Shown here: positions 19,954 to 29,311 of the stretch, piece by piece
Layout: every line of letters begins with the position of its first letter
Position numbering within the stretch: the stretch's first letter is position 1
DNA from: an uncultured Mediterraneibacter sp.
GTDB taxonomy: Bacteria > Bacillota > Clostridia > Lachnospirales > Lachnospiraceae
NCBI GenBank assembly: GCA_944376685.1
Contig: CALWDN010000001.1
Coordinates: forward strand, 5,472 to 69,471
Reading direction: 5' to 3'
DNA length: 64,000 nucleotides
The notes under the pieces: model-generated
The model's database searches: none
Seen by the model: only the letters and a program-made list of their open reading frames with translations
Told to the model about the DNA's origin: nothing
Translations under genes and position numbers: made by a program

Positions 19954-21354
19954 TCATTTTTCTGCAACTGCGATATAGTCATACTCACAATACCAGAAAT
20001 TCCGTTCATAAAATTGTTGTTCAAAAAGTTCGAGGGCGGCCAGCATCCATTCATAATCGTTGCGCCGCCGCATATCAGAGGGATCTTTTTCGTACGCCTT
20101 CCGGAAATAATCACTCCGGTAAGCAAAGCTTTCTTTAAAAAGCCCTTCCCGGTCATCATAGTCTATGCTGCTTAAGTCTTTCATATTGCTGAAAATCCGG
20201 ATGTTGCGGTAGCCTGAGTCGGCCAGCTGCGTATACAGTTTGCGGCCGTTCAGCCGGTCTGATACGCCTTCTGCGGTCAGGCTTTTCTGAATGATCTGGG
20301 TCATCAGATCGTGGTCGGGATAGCACAGTTTGCTGCCGTCATCTGAGCCGCGCAAGATGATCCGTCCGTTTTCAGCCAGAAAACGGCGCAGCTTCCGCAG
20401 CACTTTGTTTGGATTCTTCAGGTGGTGCAGCGTCAGGGCGGAAAAGATAATATCAATCTTTTCGATCCCGTGTCTGTCGAGAATGTTCTGAAACTGTTCA
20501 GAAAAATCTTCGCTCTCGAGATCTGCGGCCTCAAAGATCATCTTTGGGTTTGTATGCATCTGCCGGGCTTTTTCTATTACGCTTTCATTGTTGTCGATAC
20601 AGAGGATCTTATCTGCCCAGTCCGCATGGCCAAAACGGTCTTCCGCCACATAGCCGTAAGCGCATCCCGCATCAAGGATGACAGAGTGTTCCCGGAATCC
20701 TCCGTGATCCCGGATATGGTCAAGCGCAATCTGATCAGACGAAGAGGAATTGAAGGCCTGTATTTTCAGCCGGGATATTTCGTTGCTGTACGAGGAAGAA
20801 TAAACGGATTTGTGGTGGCTTCCGGCTTTCAGCAAAACAGAAGCGTTTGCCGGACCTTCCTGCCGGGAAGAAGAGTCCTGAGCCGGGACGCCGGCCTGCC
20901 TGGAAGCATTTATCCTGTTCAGGACATTTTCCGCAAATGCACAAAAAGAAGACACGTCCATGTCCGTAATACTGCAGTTCTGATAGCTCCGCAGGGCTCT
21001 GGGGAGAGAATGCGAATTGATATTCCGGGTATATGTGATGATCTCGCCGTCCGTCTTTACGCCATTCAGGATATCTGTATGAAAGCTCTCCCATTCGTAT
21101 TTGATCCAGCGGGATTCGATGCATTCAAGATCAGTGCCGATCAGGACGAGTATCTTTGCAGTGTCCAGAGCGTTGTCGATGGAACGTTTGTATACGCTTT
21201 CTCCGAGTTTGAGCAGAGTAATATTGCTGTAAAATGCAGATATGTTCCGTGAACAGAATTCTTTGTACAGCATTTCCGCTATCCTGGAATCTTCGGTCTG
21301 CCGGCCATTGCTGTCTGTGTTTTTGAATGAGATAAATATATCAAAATTTTCCAT
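19954..21354 (-). CDS. TIR domain - class I SAM-dependent methyltransferase fusion
   Basis: N-terminal FDIFISFK...IDNALDTAKILVLIG...SRWIKYEW (TIR with Glu); C-terminal ILDAGCAYG, CIDNN, IDIIFSALTLHHL. Confidence 0.85.
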   Translation of the reverse strand: MENFDIFISFKNTDSNGRQTEDSRIAEMLYKEFCSRNISAFYSNITLLKLGESVYKRSIDNALDTAKILVLIGTDLECIESRWIKYEWESFHTDILNGVKTDGEIITYTRNINSHSLPRALRSYQNCSITDMDVSSFCAFAENVLNRINASRQAGVPAQDSSSRQEGPANASVLLKAGSHHKSVYSSSYSNEISRLKIQAFNSSSSDQIALDHIRDHGGFREHSVILDAGCAYGYVAEDRFGHADWADKILCIDNNESVIEKARQMHTNPKMIFEAADLESEDFSEQFQNILDRHGIEKIDIIFSALTLHHLKNPNKVLRKLRRFLAENGRIILRGSDDGSKLCYPDHDLMTQIIQKSLTAEGVSDRLNGRKLYTQLADSGYRNIRIFSNMKDLSSIDYDDREGLFKESFAYRSDYFRKAYEKDPSDMRRRNDYEWMLAALELFEQQFYERNFWYCEYDYIAVAEK

Positions 21355-21397
21355 TTTTCGCTCCTGTTGAAATCATGCATAATGATAGAGAGTCATA

Positions 21398-22036
21398 TCA
21401 GTTCGCGTGGGCTATGCGTATAAATGCTTCGGTTTTATGCGCATCCTTTTTTTGATCTGTTTCCACTCCCGAATTTACATCAACGGCATAGGGGTGGACG
21501 GTATCTATCGCGTTCTGGAGGTTCTCCGGATTCAGGCCTCCGGCAAGGATAACGGGAATGGGAAGCTCCTTAACGATCTGGCGGCTTATTGTCCAGTCAT
21601 GTGTGAGCCCTGTCCCGCCAAGCCGTTCATTTGTCCGGGTGTCCAGTATGACCGCATCTGCATACCCGACGTATTTCCTGGCCGATGCAATGGATTCCGG
21701 GCCGGTGACGCTGACAGATTTGATGATCTTAAGCCATGGAAGAGAGCTGCGGATCTTTGCGATTTCAGCCAGCGGGATATCGTTGTGAAGCTGGACGGTG
21801 TCAACGTTAAGCTCATTAAGCAGCGGGATCACATCAGCAGCTGTTTCCAGATGGGTCACGGCCACGCGGGATATAAACGGCGGCATCTGCCGGATGAGTT
21901 CCCGGGCAGTCGGGATATCCGTTTTGTCTTCGGCAAGATGCGTGATCCCGACTAAAAATCCAAGTGCGTCAGCACCGGCTTTGATCGCGGTTTCCATTTC
22001 TTTAAGGGAATTGATCCCACATATTTTTGCTTTCAT
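21398..22036 (-). CDS. trpF: Phosphoribosylanthranilate isomerase-family TIM barrel, orphan (not in a trp operon)
   Basis: KICGI, GADALGF, VQLH, VILDT, GGTGLTHDW, LAGGLNPEN, VDVNSGVE. Confidence 0.9.
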   Translation of the reverse strand: MKAKICGINSLKEMETAIKAGADALGFLVGITHLAEDKTDIPTARELIRQMPPFISRVAVTHLETAADVIPLLNELNVDTVQLHNDIPLAEIAKIRSSLPWLKIIKSVSVTGPESIASARKYVGYADAVILDTRTNERLGGTGLTHDWTISRQIVKELPIPVILAGGLNPENLQNAIDTVHPYAVDVNSGVETDQKKDAHKTEAFIRIAHAN

Positions 22037-22038
22037 AT

Positions 22039-23343
22039 TCAGGTCTCTCCTTTGAAAAATAATGTTATCAGATCGATCAGGATCAGAAGCCCTGCTGTGA
22101 GCGCCGCCAGGGGATGGATAAATATCATGATCAGCAGTAAAAGTATTTTCAGGATCATATTCAGAAGCAGACGCTGCGTCCTTTTTGTTCCGGATTCCGG
22201 GCCGTGTTCGGGGGGATCGTATCTGTAGACGGAGGTTTTCAGTACTGTATCGACATAATTGCGCAGTTCAATACTGAATGCGTTGTCTCCGATATAAAGT
22301 ATTTTTGCAAGGATGGAAAGGGCATTGGCGGTCGACCATGTATACACATCTGATTCCGGAGTGCATTTCCACCCGCCGGTCGCATCGTCCTGAAGCTGAA
22401 TGAGGTAGTAAACAGCTTTGGAGATGCAGTCGTCCGAAAATGAAACCTCAGTATTGCGGAGAAAACCTTTAAGCGCCCACACTGTGCCAAAGTGGCGGAA
22501 AGTGAAAACGACGTCTTTCCGGATGCCCACCTCGTAAAAAATGTCATAGCTTCCGTCCGGATTCTGGATGGAGCGCAGATAACGGATCCCACGCTGGATG
22601 TTCTGATAATACTGGTGCGGCGCGACATGCCCGAGCGCCATAAGCGCGTAGCCGGTTGACACAGCCTGGGACAGATACTGTTCGGAGATCACCTGTCTGG
22701 AAAAGGAGTGTTCATTTCCTTTAAATTCTTCAATTACCTGTTCTACAGGCTGGTTGCCCCATCCGCCGTCTTTGTTCTGCATCCGGACGAGCAGCTGTGT
22801 GCCGGTTTCGATAGCTTTATCGTATATGGAGGTTGAACCGAGCCTCAGCGTATAGGATTTCAGGCAGTAAACAACAAGGGCGGTCCGTGTCGAAGTAGAG
22901 TTTTCGCCGTAATTGTCACCCCAGCCGCCGTCTTTGTTCTGCAGTCCTATGATCAGGTCGGCGCATTCTTTTGCGGCCATATATATTTTTTCAATTTGAA
23001 AGTCGGGGTTGAAATCATCATACTTTTCACTGAAATGGATCAGGGCATACATGATCCAGACATAGTCGATCACGATCGCTCCGTTAACGGAAGGCTCAAG
23101 AAGCCAGTTTTCTACAGCTTCGGATACAAGCGCTTTCTGATTGCTGTCAAGATAATCTGAGAATTGGGCGCAGACGCTTACAACTTCGGCAGTATTTTGA
23201 GAATTTGGTGATATATCCCGTATCCAGCTCCAGCCAAAATTATCTTCGTCCTGGACAGAAAAAAGCCAGTTTAACGCCCGTGTTATATTTGTCTTAAACA
23301 GATTCCTTTGTACTTCCATAGTCAGAGTTTGCTCCTTTATCAT
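22039..23343 (-). CDS. Prenyltransferase/squalene-cyclase repeat (alpha/alpha barrel) protein with C-terminal TM hairpin
   Basis: QW-like repeats QDEDNFGW, QNKDGGWG twice, QNPDGSY, QDDATGGW; hydrophobic C-terminus; alternative start ATG 23319 after AAGGAG. Confidence 0.8.
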   Translation of the reverse strand: MIKEQTLTMEVQRNLFKTNITRALNWLFSVQDEDNFGWSWIRDISPNSQNTAEVVSVCAQFSDYLDSNQKALVSEAVENWLLEPSVNGAIVIDYVWIMYALIHFSEKYDDFNPDFQIEKIYMAAKECADLIIGLQNKDGGWGDNYGENSTSTRTALVVYCLKSYTLRLGSTSIYDKAIETGTQLLVRMQNKDGGWGNQPVEQVIEEFKGNEHSFSRQVISEQYLSQAVSTGYALMALGHVAPHQYYQNIQRGIRYLRSIQNPDGSYDIFYEVGIRKDVVFTFRHFGTVWALKGFLRNTEVSFSDDCISKAVYYLIQLQDDATGGWKCTPESDVYTWSTANALSILAKILYIGDNAFSIELRNYVDTVLKTSVYRYDPPEHGPESGTKRTQRLLLNMILKILLLLIMIFIHPLAALTAGLLILIDLITLFFKGET

Positions 23344-24532
23344 TCCATAATGTCTGCATGTTTTTCCTCAGGAGATACTGGCAGTATTTTCCGATCCCGT
23401 TTCTTGACAGTTCGAAGATCTTATATTTTCGGAAAGGTTTTGGCATGTTGATCTGCCTTATGTTGTGGATCCCCAGTTTAAGTGTATGTTTGTCCAGAGA
23501 TGTAAGTTCGTCTGTTATTTCCGGACAGAGGTAATTATTCCGTTCGAATCCTTCCAGGCTGTTTGAAAGGAAAAGGATATATTGACAGTCTTTAAGGGAA
23601 GGAAGCGACTCCTTCCGGGAATCCCGGCGCAAAGCCCGCATGGTGCATCTGAGCCCGAACACATTCAGGATGTCACAGATGCATGAGGCCATGTAGTGGA
23701 CAGGAGACAGCATATTTGAGCCCGGATCAAAGACAAGGAGAAGGATTTCTGAATGTTCATCTGCCGGTGAGATGCCGTCTGTCCAGAATCCATATCCTTT
23801 TTTTAATTCTGCTTTGGCCTGTGAGATGCTGCGCTTCGTTCCAAGCCCCCGCTTATGCATGAGCGAGGCCAGATAACAGCCTTTTGAGGAACGGAGGGCG
23901 GCAAGCGTATGTATACAGGACCATGCGTCTTCATAACTGCCCTGACGGAAGAGGTAATGCGCACGGATAAAAACCGAAAGTTCTCTGTATTGTTCGGAAA
24001 AACGATCTAGGGAATTAAAATCCAGGGGTTTCAGATGACCGAATATCCCGAATTCGCCATCGAGGATTTCCTGTATCGTCTGCGCCTGATATCCTGCGGA
24101 AGGATGTGAAGCCCGGGTTGCGCTTTTCAGATAATTTACCGCTTTGTCCATTCCGTTATGGTGCTGAAATGACTGAAACGGGCCAAGCAGCGCCGGGAGT
24201 TCAGACTCTTTCAGGTCGATCAGGTAAGAAAACAGTTTTTTCGAGTCATTCGTCATCATAAGATTCAGAAAAGAACTCCACTCCTGGGCGACCCAGCCGC
24301 TTAAAATATACTGCTTTTTGCTGCATACCAGAATAAAGGTCTGCGCGTCATTCAGTGCCTGGTCGATTTCGCTTATGTATTTTGTGATCCCGTCTTTTTC
24401 AAGTATTTGTTCGGAGAAAAAGACACGGTACCCGGCAGCTTCGAGGCGCGCATATAATTCTTCCGCGATCTCGCAGTCGCGGGTCTTGTTTCCGTTATCG
24501 GTACATTTGAATGAAATAAAAAAATCATACAT
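23294..24532 (-). CDS. TIR domain protein with a Sel1-like repeat and a possible degenerate second TIR
   Basis: MYDFFISFK...IDQALNDAQTFILVCS...SGWVAQEW; Sel1-like YLASLMHKRGLGTKRSISQA. Confidence 0.82.
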   Translation of the reverse strand: MYDFFISFKCTDNGNKTRDCEIAEELYARLEAAGYRVFFSEQILEKDGITKYISEIDQALNDAQTFILVCSKKQYILSGWVAQEWSSFLNLMMTNDSKKLFSYLIDLKESELPALLGPFQSFQHHNGMDKAVNYLKSATRASHPSAGYQAQTIQEILDGEFGIFGHLKPLDFNSLDRFSEQYRELSVFIRAHYLFRQGSYEDAWSCIHTLAALRSSKGCYLASLMHKRGLGTKRSISQAKAELKKGYGFWTDGISPADEHSEILLLVFDPGSNMLSPVHYMASCICDILNVFGLRCTMRALRRDSRKESLPSLKDCQYILFLSNSLEGFERNNYLCPEITDELTSLDKHTLKLGIHNIRQINMPKPFRKYKIFELSRNGIGKYCQYLLRKNMQTLWNDKGANSDYGSTKESV

Positions 24533-24537
24533 AATAG

Positions 24538-25281
24538 TCAGTCAGCCTCTTTTGTATGGCACCGGCACATAAGATAGCTTGGGCGGTGTATTTCCTGGTG
24601 CATCCGGATATTTGAATCCAGCAGCTGCGCATCGGGAAGCGGTTCCTGCAGTTCGTCGATGATAAATCCTGAACCTATCAGGCTGTTGATGATATCAGCA
24701 ACGGTCCGATGGTATTTTTTAACCCTGGTGTCAAGCCACATGACATTTCTTTCGCCTGCAGCCCCGTAGTGGTCAAGTTTAAAATACAGAGGCTCCCCCT
24801 CCCGGCTGAATTCGCACTCGCAGGTTTCCACTGCGGCTGTGACGATCGGATGCTCCATGGAGAAAATGAGGCTTCCGCCGGGAACCAGACGGGCGGCGAT
24901 ATCGCTGAAAAGCTGATCCAGGTCTTTGATGTAGTGAAAAGCAAGCGAACTGAATGCAATATCCCAGATCCCTTCCAGTTTGCTGAGATCCTCCATATTC
25001 ATGCATGAATAAGTAATATTTGGATGGCTGTTTTCTTTTTGGGCTTTTGCGATCATATTATTGGAAATATCAAAAGCAAATACCGAAGCCGCGCCGCTGA
25101 GGGCAAATTTAATGCTGGTCGCGCCGTATCCGCATCCGGGTTCAAGAATGCGCTTCCCGGTTATGTCCGGCAGCATGTCCAGGATGCGGGGCTGTTCGAA
25201 AAGGTCGTTATAATTCTGTTTATCATCCCTTAAATCCAGATAGTTATGAAAGAATTTTTCGTCATCATACAGCGCCTTCAC
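24538..25281 (-). CDS. Class I SAM-dependent methyltransferase
   Basis: ILEPGCGYG, AFDIS, WDIAFSSLAFHY, LVPGGSLIFSMEHP, KYHRT; GTG 25281 after GGGAGGGA RBS. Confidence 0.9.
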   Translation of the reverse strand: MKALYDDEKFFHNYLDLRDDKQNYNDLFEQPRILDMLPDITGKRILEPGCGYGATSIKFALSGAASVFAFDISNNMIAKAQKENSHPNITYSCMNMEDLSKLEGIWDIAFSSLAFHYIKDLDQLFSDIAARLVPGGSLIFSMEHPIVTAAVETCECEFSREGEPLYFKLDHYGAAGERNVMWLDTRVKKYHRTVADIINSLIGSGFIIDELQEPLPDAQLLDSNIRMHQEIHRPSYLMCRCHTKEAD

Positions 25282-25316
25282 AGTAAATCCCTCCCGAATC
25301 AATTATGATATGTCTT

Positions 25317-25382
25317 ATTATAGATCATAATGATGAAACAGTGCAATGAATTATAGAAAATCCCGCCAGGATATGGCATAAT
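25317..25382. promoter_or_regulatory. Back-to-back divergent sigma-A-like promoters for the two TIR operons
   Basis: Minus: TTGCAC-18-TATAAT (25346-25317); plus: TAGAAA-17-CATAAT with extended TG (25354-25382). Confidence 0.5.
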
Positions 25383-25427
25383 AAGTTGTAGTTTTATGAG
25401 AAAAAGGGAAGCTGGAGGGCTGACCAT

Positions 25428-25976
25428 ATGAGAAAAGCGAGGAAAAAACCGGTGATCGTGCGGGCATACAGGCTTGGCGATGAAAGTGCAGTCGTGGACG
25501 GGCTGATGGCTGAAGGCGGGATCCGGCAGCGGGCAGACGGCAGTTTTGAGGTGTTTTCGCAGGAAGTAAAAGGTACTTTTGGAGAGCACGCAGATCCGGG
25601 GGATTATATAAAGATCGATTCCGCAGGCTGTCCCTATCCCAACAGCGCTGCGTATTTTGAGAGCAGACACCGGCATATAGCGGAAGATTTTTATGAACAG
25701 CGTCCGCAGACAGTAGATATATGGATGGCCGGGGATCCGACCGGGCCGGAGATCCGTTATCTGGTGGAACACAGAGGACTGAGCTTTCATGCGGATGACC
25801 CGGAACGGTATTTCCAGGCGCCGCTGTGGGGGACGCTGCTTTCAGCTGCAGAGGATGCGGTCATTGTCTTTTACCGGATCGAGCGCAGCGGGATGGGAGA
25901 GATCACGGACGTGGAATTTAATTTTGTTGCCGGGGATGAATTTGCCCGCACCTATGAGCTGCTTCCGGAGGGATAG
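25428..25976 (+). CDS. Hypothetical protein, PGDYG-like or phage KKPV-family, apparently two tandem related units
   Basis: GGAGG RBS; RKKPVIVRAY...ADPGDYI...YP...F unit followed by a QRPQTVDIW...EFARTYE unit. Confidence 0.65.
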   Translation: MRKARKKPVIVRAYRLGDESAVVDGLMAEGGIRQRADGSFEVFSQEVKGTFGEHADPGDYIKIDSAGCPYPNSAAYFESRHRHIAEDFYEQRPQTVDIWMAGDPTGPEIRYLVEHRGLSFHADDPERYFQAPLWGTLLSAAEDAVIVFYRIERSGMGEITDVEFNFVAGDEFARTYELLPEG

Positions 25977-26021
25977 CGTTCTTAAGGCCCGGCAGATGTG
26001 ATGCGAGGAGAGAGTTGCGGT

Positions 26022-29000
26022 ATGGATAAGATTGTATATGACGCGTTTATAAGCTACAGCCACAGTGAGCCTGATTCGTATATCGCGGAAAGACTTCATT
26101 TTATGCTGGAGCATTACCATATATCGGGAAAGATCCGGGAAATCTCGGGGAAAAAGAAGATCAGCCGCGTGTTCCGCGACAGGGAGGAACTGCCGCTGTC
26201 TTCAGACCTGGCGGCTAATATAAAGGATGCGCTTGAACATTCGGAGTATCTGATCGTGATCTGTTCCCCGCGCTCGGCCCGCTCGGAATGGGTCCTGCGT
26301 GAGATCAGCACGTTTCTTGAGACACACGGGAAGGAAAAGGTCCTCACCCTGCTGGCAGAGGGAGAGCCGGAAGAAGCATTCCCCGAGATCCTGTGCTACA
26401 GCGAGGAGAAAGTAACCGGCGCCGACGGGCAGGAACGGATCGTCAGAAACAAGGTTGAACCGATGGCTGCGGATGTCCGCGGGAAGACGCGCAGAGAGAT
26501 GGAGAAAAAGCTCAGGGATGAGTTCCTGCGGATCCTGGCGCCGATGCTGTCGTGTACATATGATATGCTCAGGCAGCGACACCGGGAGTACCGGCTCCGG
26601 CGAGGGCTTGCGGCGACCGGGACGGCTGCGGTCCTGGCCGCGATGTTCATGGTATATGCGTTCCACCAGGCGTCGGTATCCGAAGGGAGGTATCAGGAAG
26701 CAAGGAGGAATCAGGCAAGGTATCTTGCACAGATCTCAGGCGAACTGCTTGCACAGGGAGACCGGGAAGGCGCGCTGAAGACGGCGATGGCGGTGCGCCC
26801 GGAAACAGAGGAAGACGCGCCGGTCGTGCCCGAGCAGATGTATGCGCTCAATAACGCGCTGTATTCCTATGACAGGACCAACCAGATCTGCTACCGCCCG
26901 GCCCGCACCACGGAGCTGGACGGACAGACTGATGCCGGAGCCATATGGGACGGCAGCCGGCTGAGCCCGGGGGAGGACGGGTATTTCTGTGTGGACCGGC
27001 TGGGCAGCGCGTATGTCCTGGATCCGGCTGACGGGACCTGCATCTGGAAGATCAGCCCCGGGGATATTGAAGGGCTGGAGGCGGCTAAATTTGAAGACTT
27101 TTTCCCGGCTGCAGAAGATACGGCGGTGCTGCTGTGCGGCGGGGCGGCCGTATATGCAGACTGGCAGGAAAAAGATGTGATCTGCATGGTGCAGGATGAA
27201 GATATGACTGCTTCGGACATGACTGCGGTGCTTTATGGAGAGCGCATCGCGCTGACAGACGGGAGATATGTATGGTTGTTTGACCTCGGAACAGGGGAAT
27301 GCCTCCAGAAGGTGAGATGTTGTGACGGGGAGTACGGTTCCTATACGCCCGGAAGCCTTTCGTTTTCAGAAGACGGCAGTATGCTGGCGGCAGGCCTTTC
27401 CGTGGATCATAATGAAATAGAACCGCAGCGCGGGCTTATGCTCTTTTCCGTGGAAACCGGAGAGGGGCGGACGATCTCGGAACGTGAGGCGGCACAGGTC
27501 CTCTGGCTGGGAAATGACGCCGTCGCTGCGATCCACTATGCTTATCCGGACCGGTCGGAGGCGAAGGCGGATGCACCCAGAAGGAGTTTCACTGTTGCAG
27601 TATATGATCCTGAAACAGGAGATCTTCTGTGGGAATCTGAACCTTACCGCACCCAGGCCATGAACAATCCGTGTGAGCTGAAGACAGAGTCCATGGAGGT
27701 GGACGGAGATGTCCGGGATGTGCTTATCGCCTCGGTAAAAGACCGCATCTGCATCTATGACCCGGAAACGGGGGATATGCTGCAGGACAGAAGCTATCCG
27801 GAGAACATATGCGGATTTTTCAGATATGACAGTTCCAGGCTGCTTGTCGGACTTGAGGATGGAAGCGTCCGGCTCTGTACGATGGAGCAGATGAGCACGG
27901 AGTATGAAGTGGGAGGGGTGTCGGCGCCGGTATCGGATTTTGTTTTCAGCGGGAAGAATAATACCGTGATATGGCCGGTTGACCAGTCGAGGAAGATCGT
28001 GGCAGGACAGATTTTCCAGGATGAGAACATGGAATGCCTTTCACTTGAAGAGTCGGTCGAGAGCGTGGAATATTTTACCGTGCGGGATGAAGAAAGCGGA
28101 AAGGACGCGACATACCGGTGCGTTCTGTGCAGTACGGAGTCGGGGAGTTTCAGCGATACCATCGTGAAAGTCTACAGGTCGGGAAGCGCAGACCTGCTTT
28201 TTGAATATGAGTGCCCGGAAGAGGATCAGTGGATCGGAAGTCTCCATGTCCAGGATGTGGACGGGACGCCGGTCATCCTGATCAACACATACGGGGCGGA
28301 ATACAGCCTGGTTGCCGGAAACCTGGAAACCGGACAGACGGTATGGCAGCACGGCCTTAAGACATCGGAGGGCTATATCATTACGCCGTATTTTTTCCAC
28401 GGGGCGGAGAAAATCCTCCTCTGTGATTCGTATACATTTGTGACCGCGGACCTTAATCTGGAGGGGCTGGACATCCCGGAGGCAGCGGAGGCCGGGATCC
28501 CGGTGAGCCGCGTTGACGATGTGGTCATGTCGGCGGACGACCGCTTTGCCATATTCCGCACATGGGCTGACGGCGAGCAGTGCATCCGGGTGTGGGATAC
28601 GGAGAACAGGACATGGGCCGGCATAGACGGAGCGGCGGCTTATCCGGTCAGCAGCCGGTACGGCGACGCGGTCAGCGTTGGATATGAGGGCAGTACAGTG
28701 GCAGTCTGGTCGGAAAACGGGACCATTGACCTGATCGATCTGGAAAAGGGGGAGGTCATGCGATCCCTCCCGTGCGGGTATTACGGCACGCTGTGCTTTT
28801 CGTTTATGGATCATGACAGATATCTGGCAGCCTGCGGGGATGGAACCTGTCTGATGCTGTGGGATGCAGAGACCGGGGAGATGCTTATGCAGGATAAAGA
28901 ACTCGATGTCAGTGTGTCTGTCATGAAGAGCGATGGGAGCGAACATTTTTTCGCACTCGGATTTTACGGGTATATGATGGACGACAAAGGATTGTCGACG

Positions 29001-29228
29001 TCTTCGCTGCGCATTTATTATGTGGATGATGAGGGCAGGTTTTATCCGTATGCGGATGTCCCGGACGGCTACGTGGATTTTGGGACAGGAGAGATATTTA
29101 CAGCGGATTCGGGCGGATGCTTTACAAAAGCTTATACGTACCGGGAGCTTGCGGCCCGCGCGGAAGACGTGCTGGGCGGAGAGGCGCTTACCGAAGCGGA
29201 GAAGAAACAGTACTTTATCTCTGAGTGA
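26022..29228 (+). CDS. TIR - single TM - beta-propeller (WD40/PQQ-like) receptor-like protein
   Basis: YDAFISYSH, VFRDREELP, ALEHSEYLIVICSP, SEWVLREI; TM GLAATGTAAVLAAMFMVYAF; repeated blade ends (LFDLGTG, VYDPETG, IYDPETG, VWDTEN, LWDAETG). Confidence 0.85.
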   Translation: MDKIVYDAFISYSHSEPDSYIAERLHFMLEHYHISGKIREISGKKKISRVFRDREELPLSSDLAANIKDALEHSEYLIVICSPRSARSEWVLREISTFLETHGKEKVLTLLAEGEPEEAFPEILCYSEEKVTGADGQERIVRNKVEPMAADVRGKTRREMEKKLRDEFLRILAPMLSCTYDMLRQRHREYRLRRGLAATGTAAVLAAMFMVYAFHQASVSEGRYQEARRNQARYLAQISGELLAQGDREGALKTAMAVRPETEEDAPVVPEQMYALNNALYSYDRTNQICYRPARTTELDGQTDAGAIWDGSRLSPGEDGYFCVDRLGSAYVLDPADGTCIWKISPGDIEGLEAAKFEDFFPAAEDTAVLLCGGAAVYADWQEKDVICMVQDEDMTASDMTAVLYGERIALTDGRYVWLFDLGTGECLQKVRCCDGEYGSYTPGSLSFSEDGSMLAAGLSVDHNEIEPQRGLMLFSVETGEGRTISEREAAQVLWLGNDAVAAIHYAYPDRSEAKADAPRRSFTVAVYDPETGDLLWESEPYRTQAMNNPCELKTESMEVDGDVRDVLIASVKDRICIYDPETGDMLQDRSYPENICGFFRYDSSRLLVGLEDGSVRLCTMEQMSTEYEVGGVSAPVSDFVFSGKNNTVIWPVDQSRKIVAGQIFQDENMECLSLEESVESVEYFTVRDEESGKDATYRCVLCSTESGSFSDTIVKVYRSGSADLLFEYECPEEDQWIGSLHVQDVDGTPVILINTYGAEYSLVAGNLETGQTVWQHGLKTSEGYIITPYFFHGAEKILLCDSYTFVTADLNLEGLDIPEAAEAGIPVSRVDDVVMSADDRFAIFRTWADGEQCIRVWDTENRTWAGIDGAAAYPVSSRYGDAVSVGYEGSTVAVWSENGTIDLIDLEKGEVMRSLPCGYYGTLCFSFMDHDRYLAACGDGTCLMLWDAETGEMLMQDKELDVSVSVMKSDGSEHFFALGFYGYMMDDKGLSTSSLRIYYVDDEGRFYPYADVPDGYVDFGTGEIFTADSGGCFTKAYTYRELAARAEDVLGGEALTEAEKKQYFISE

Positions 29229-29311
29229 ATGCGCCGCAGGTCATTTACAGATGGGGAAAGGCCCGTCAGAGCCGTCTGGAAGGCCGCGCCGGGCAGAAAG
29301 GAGAAGAGATC

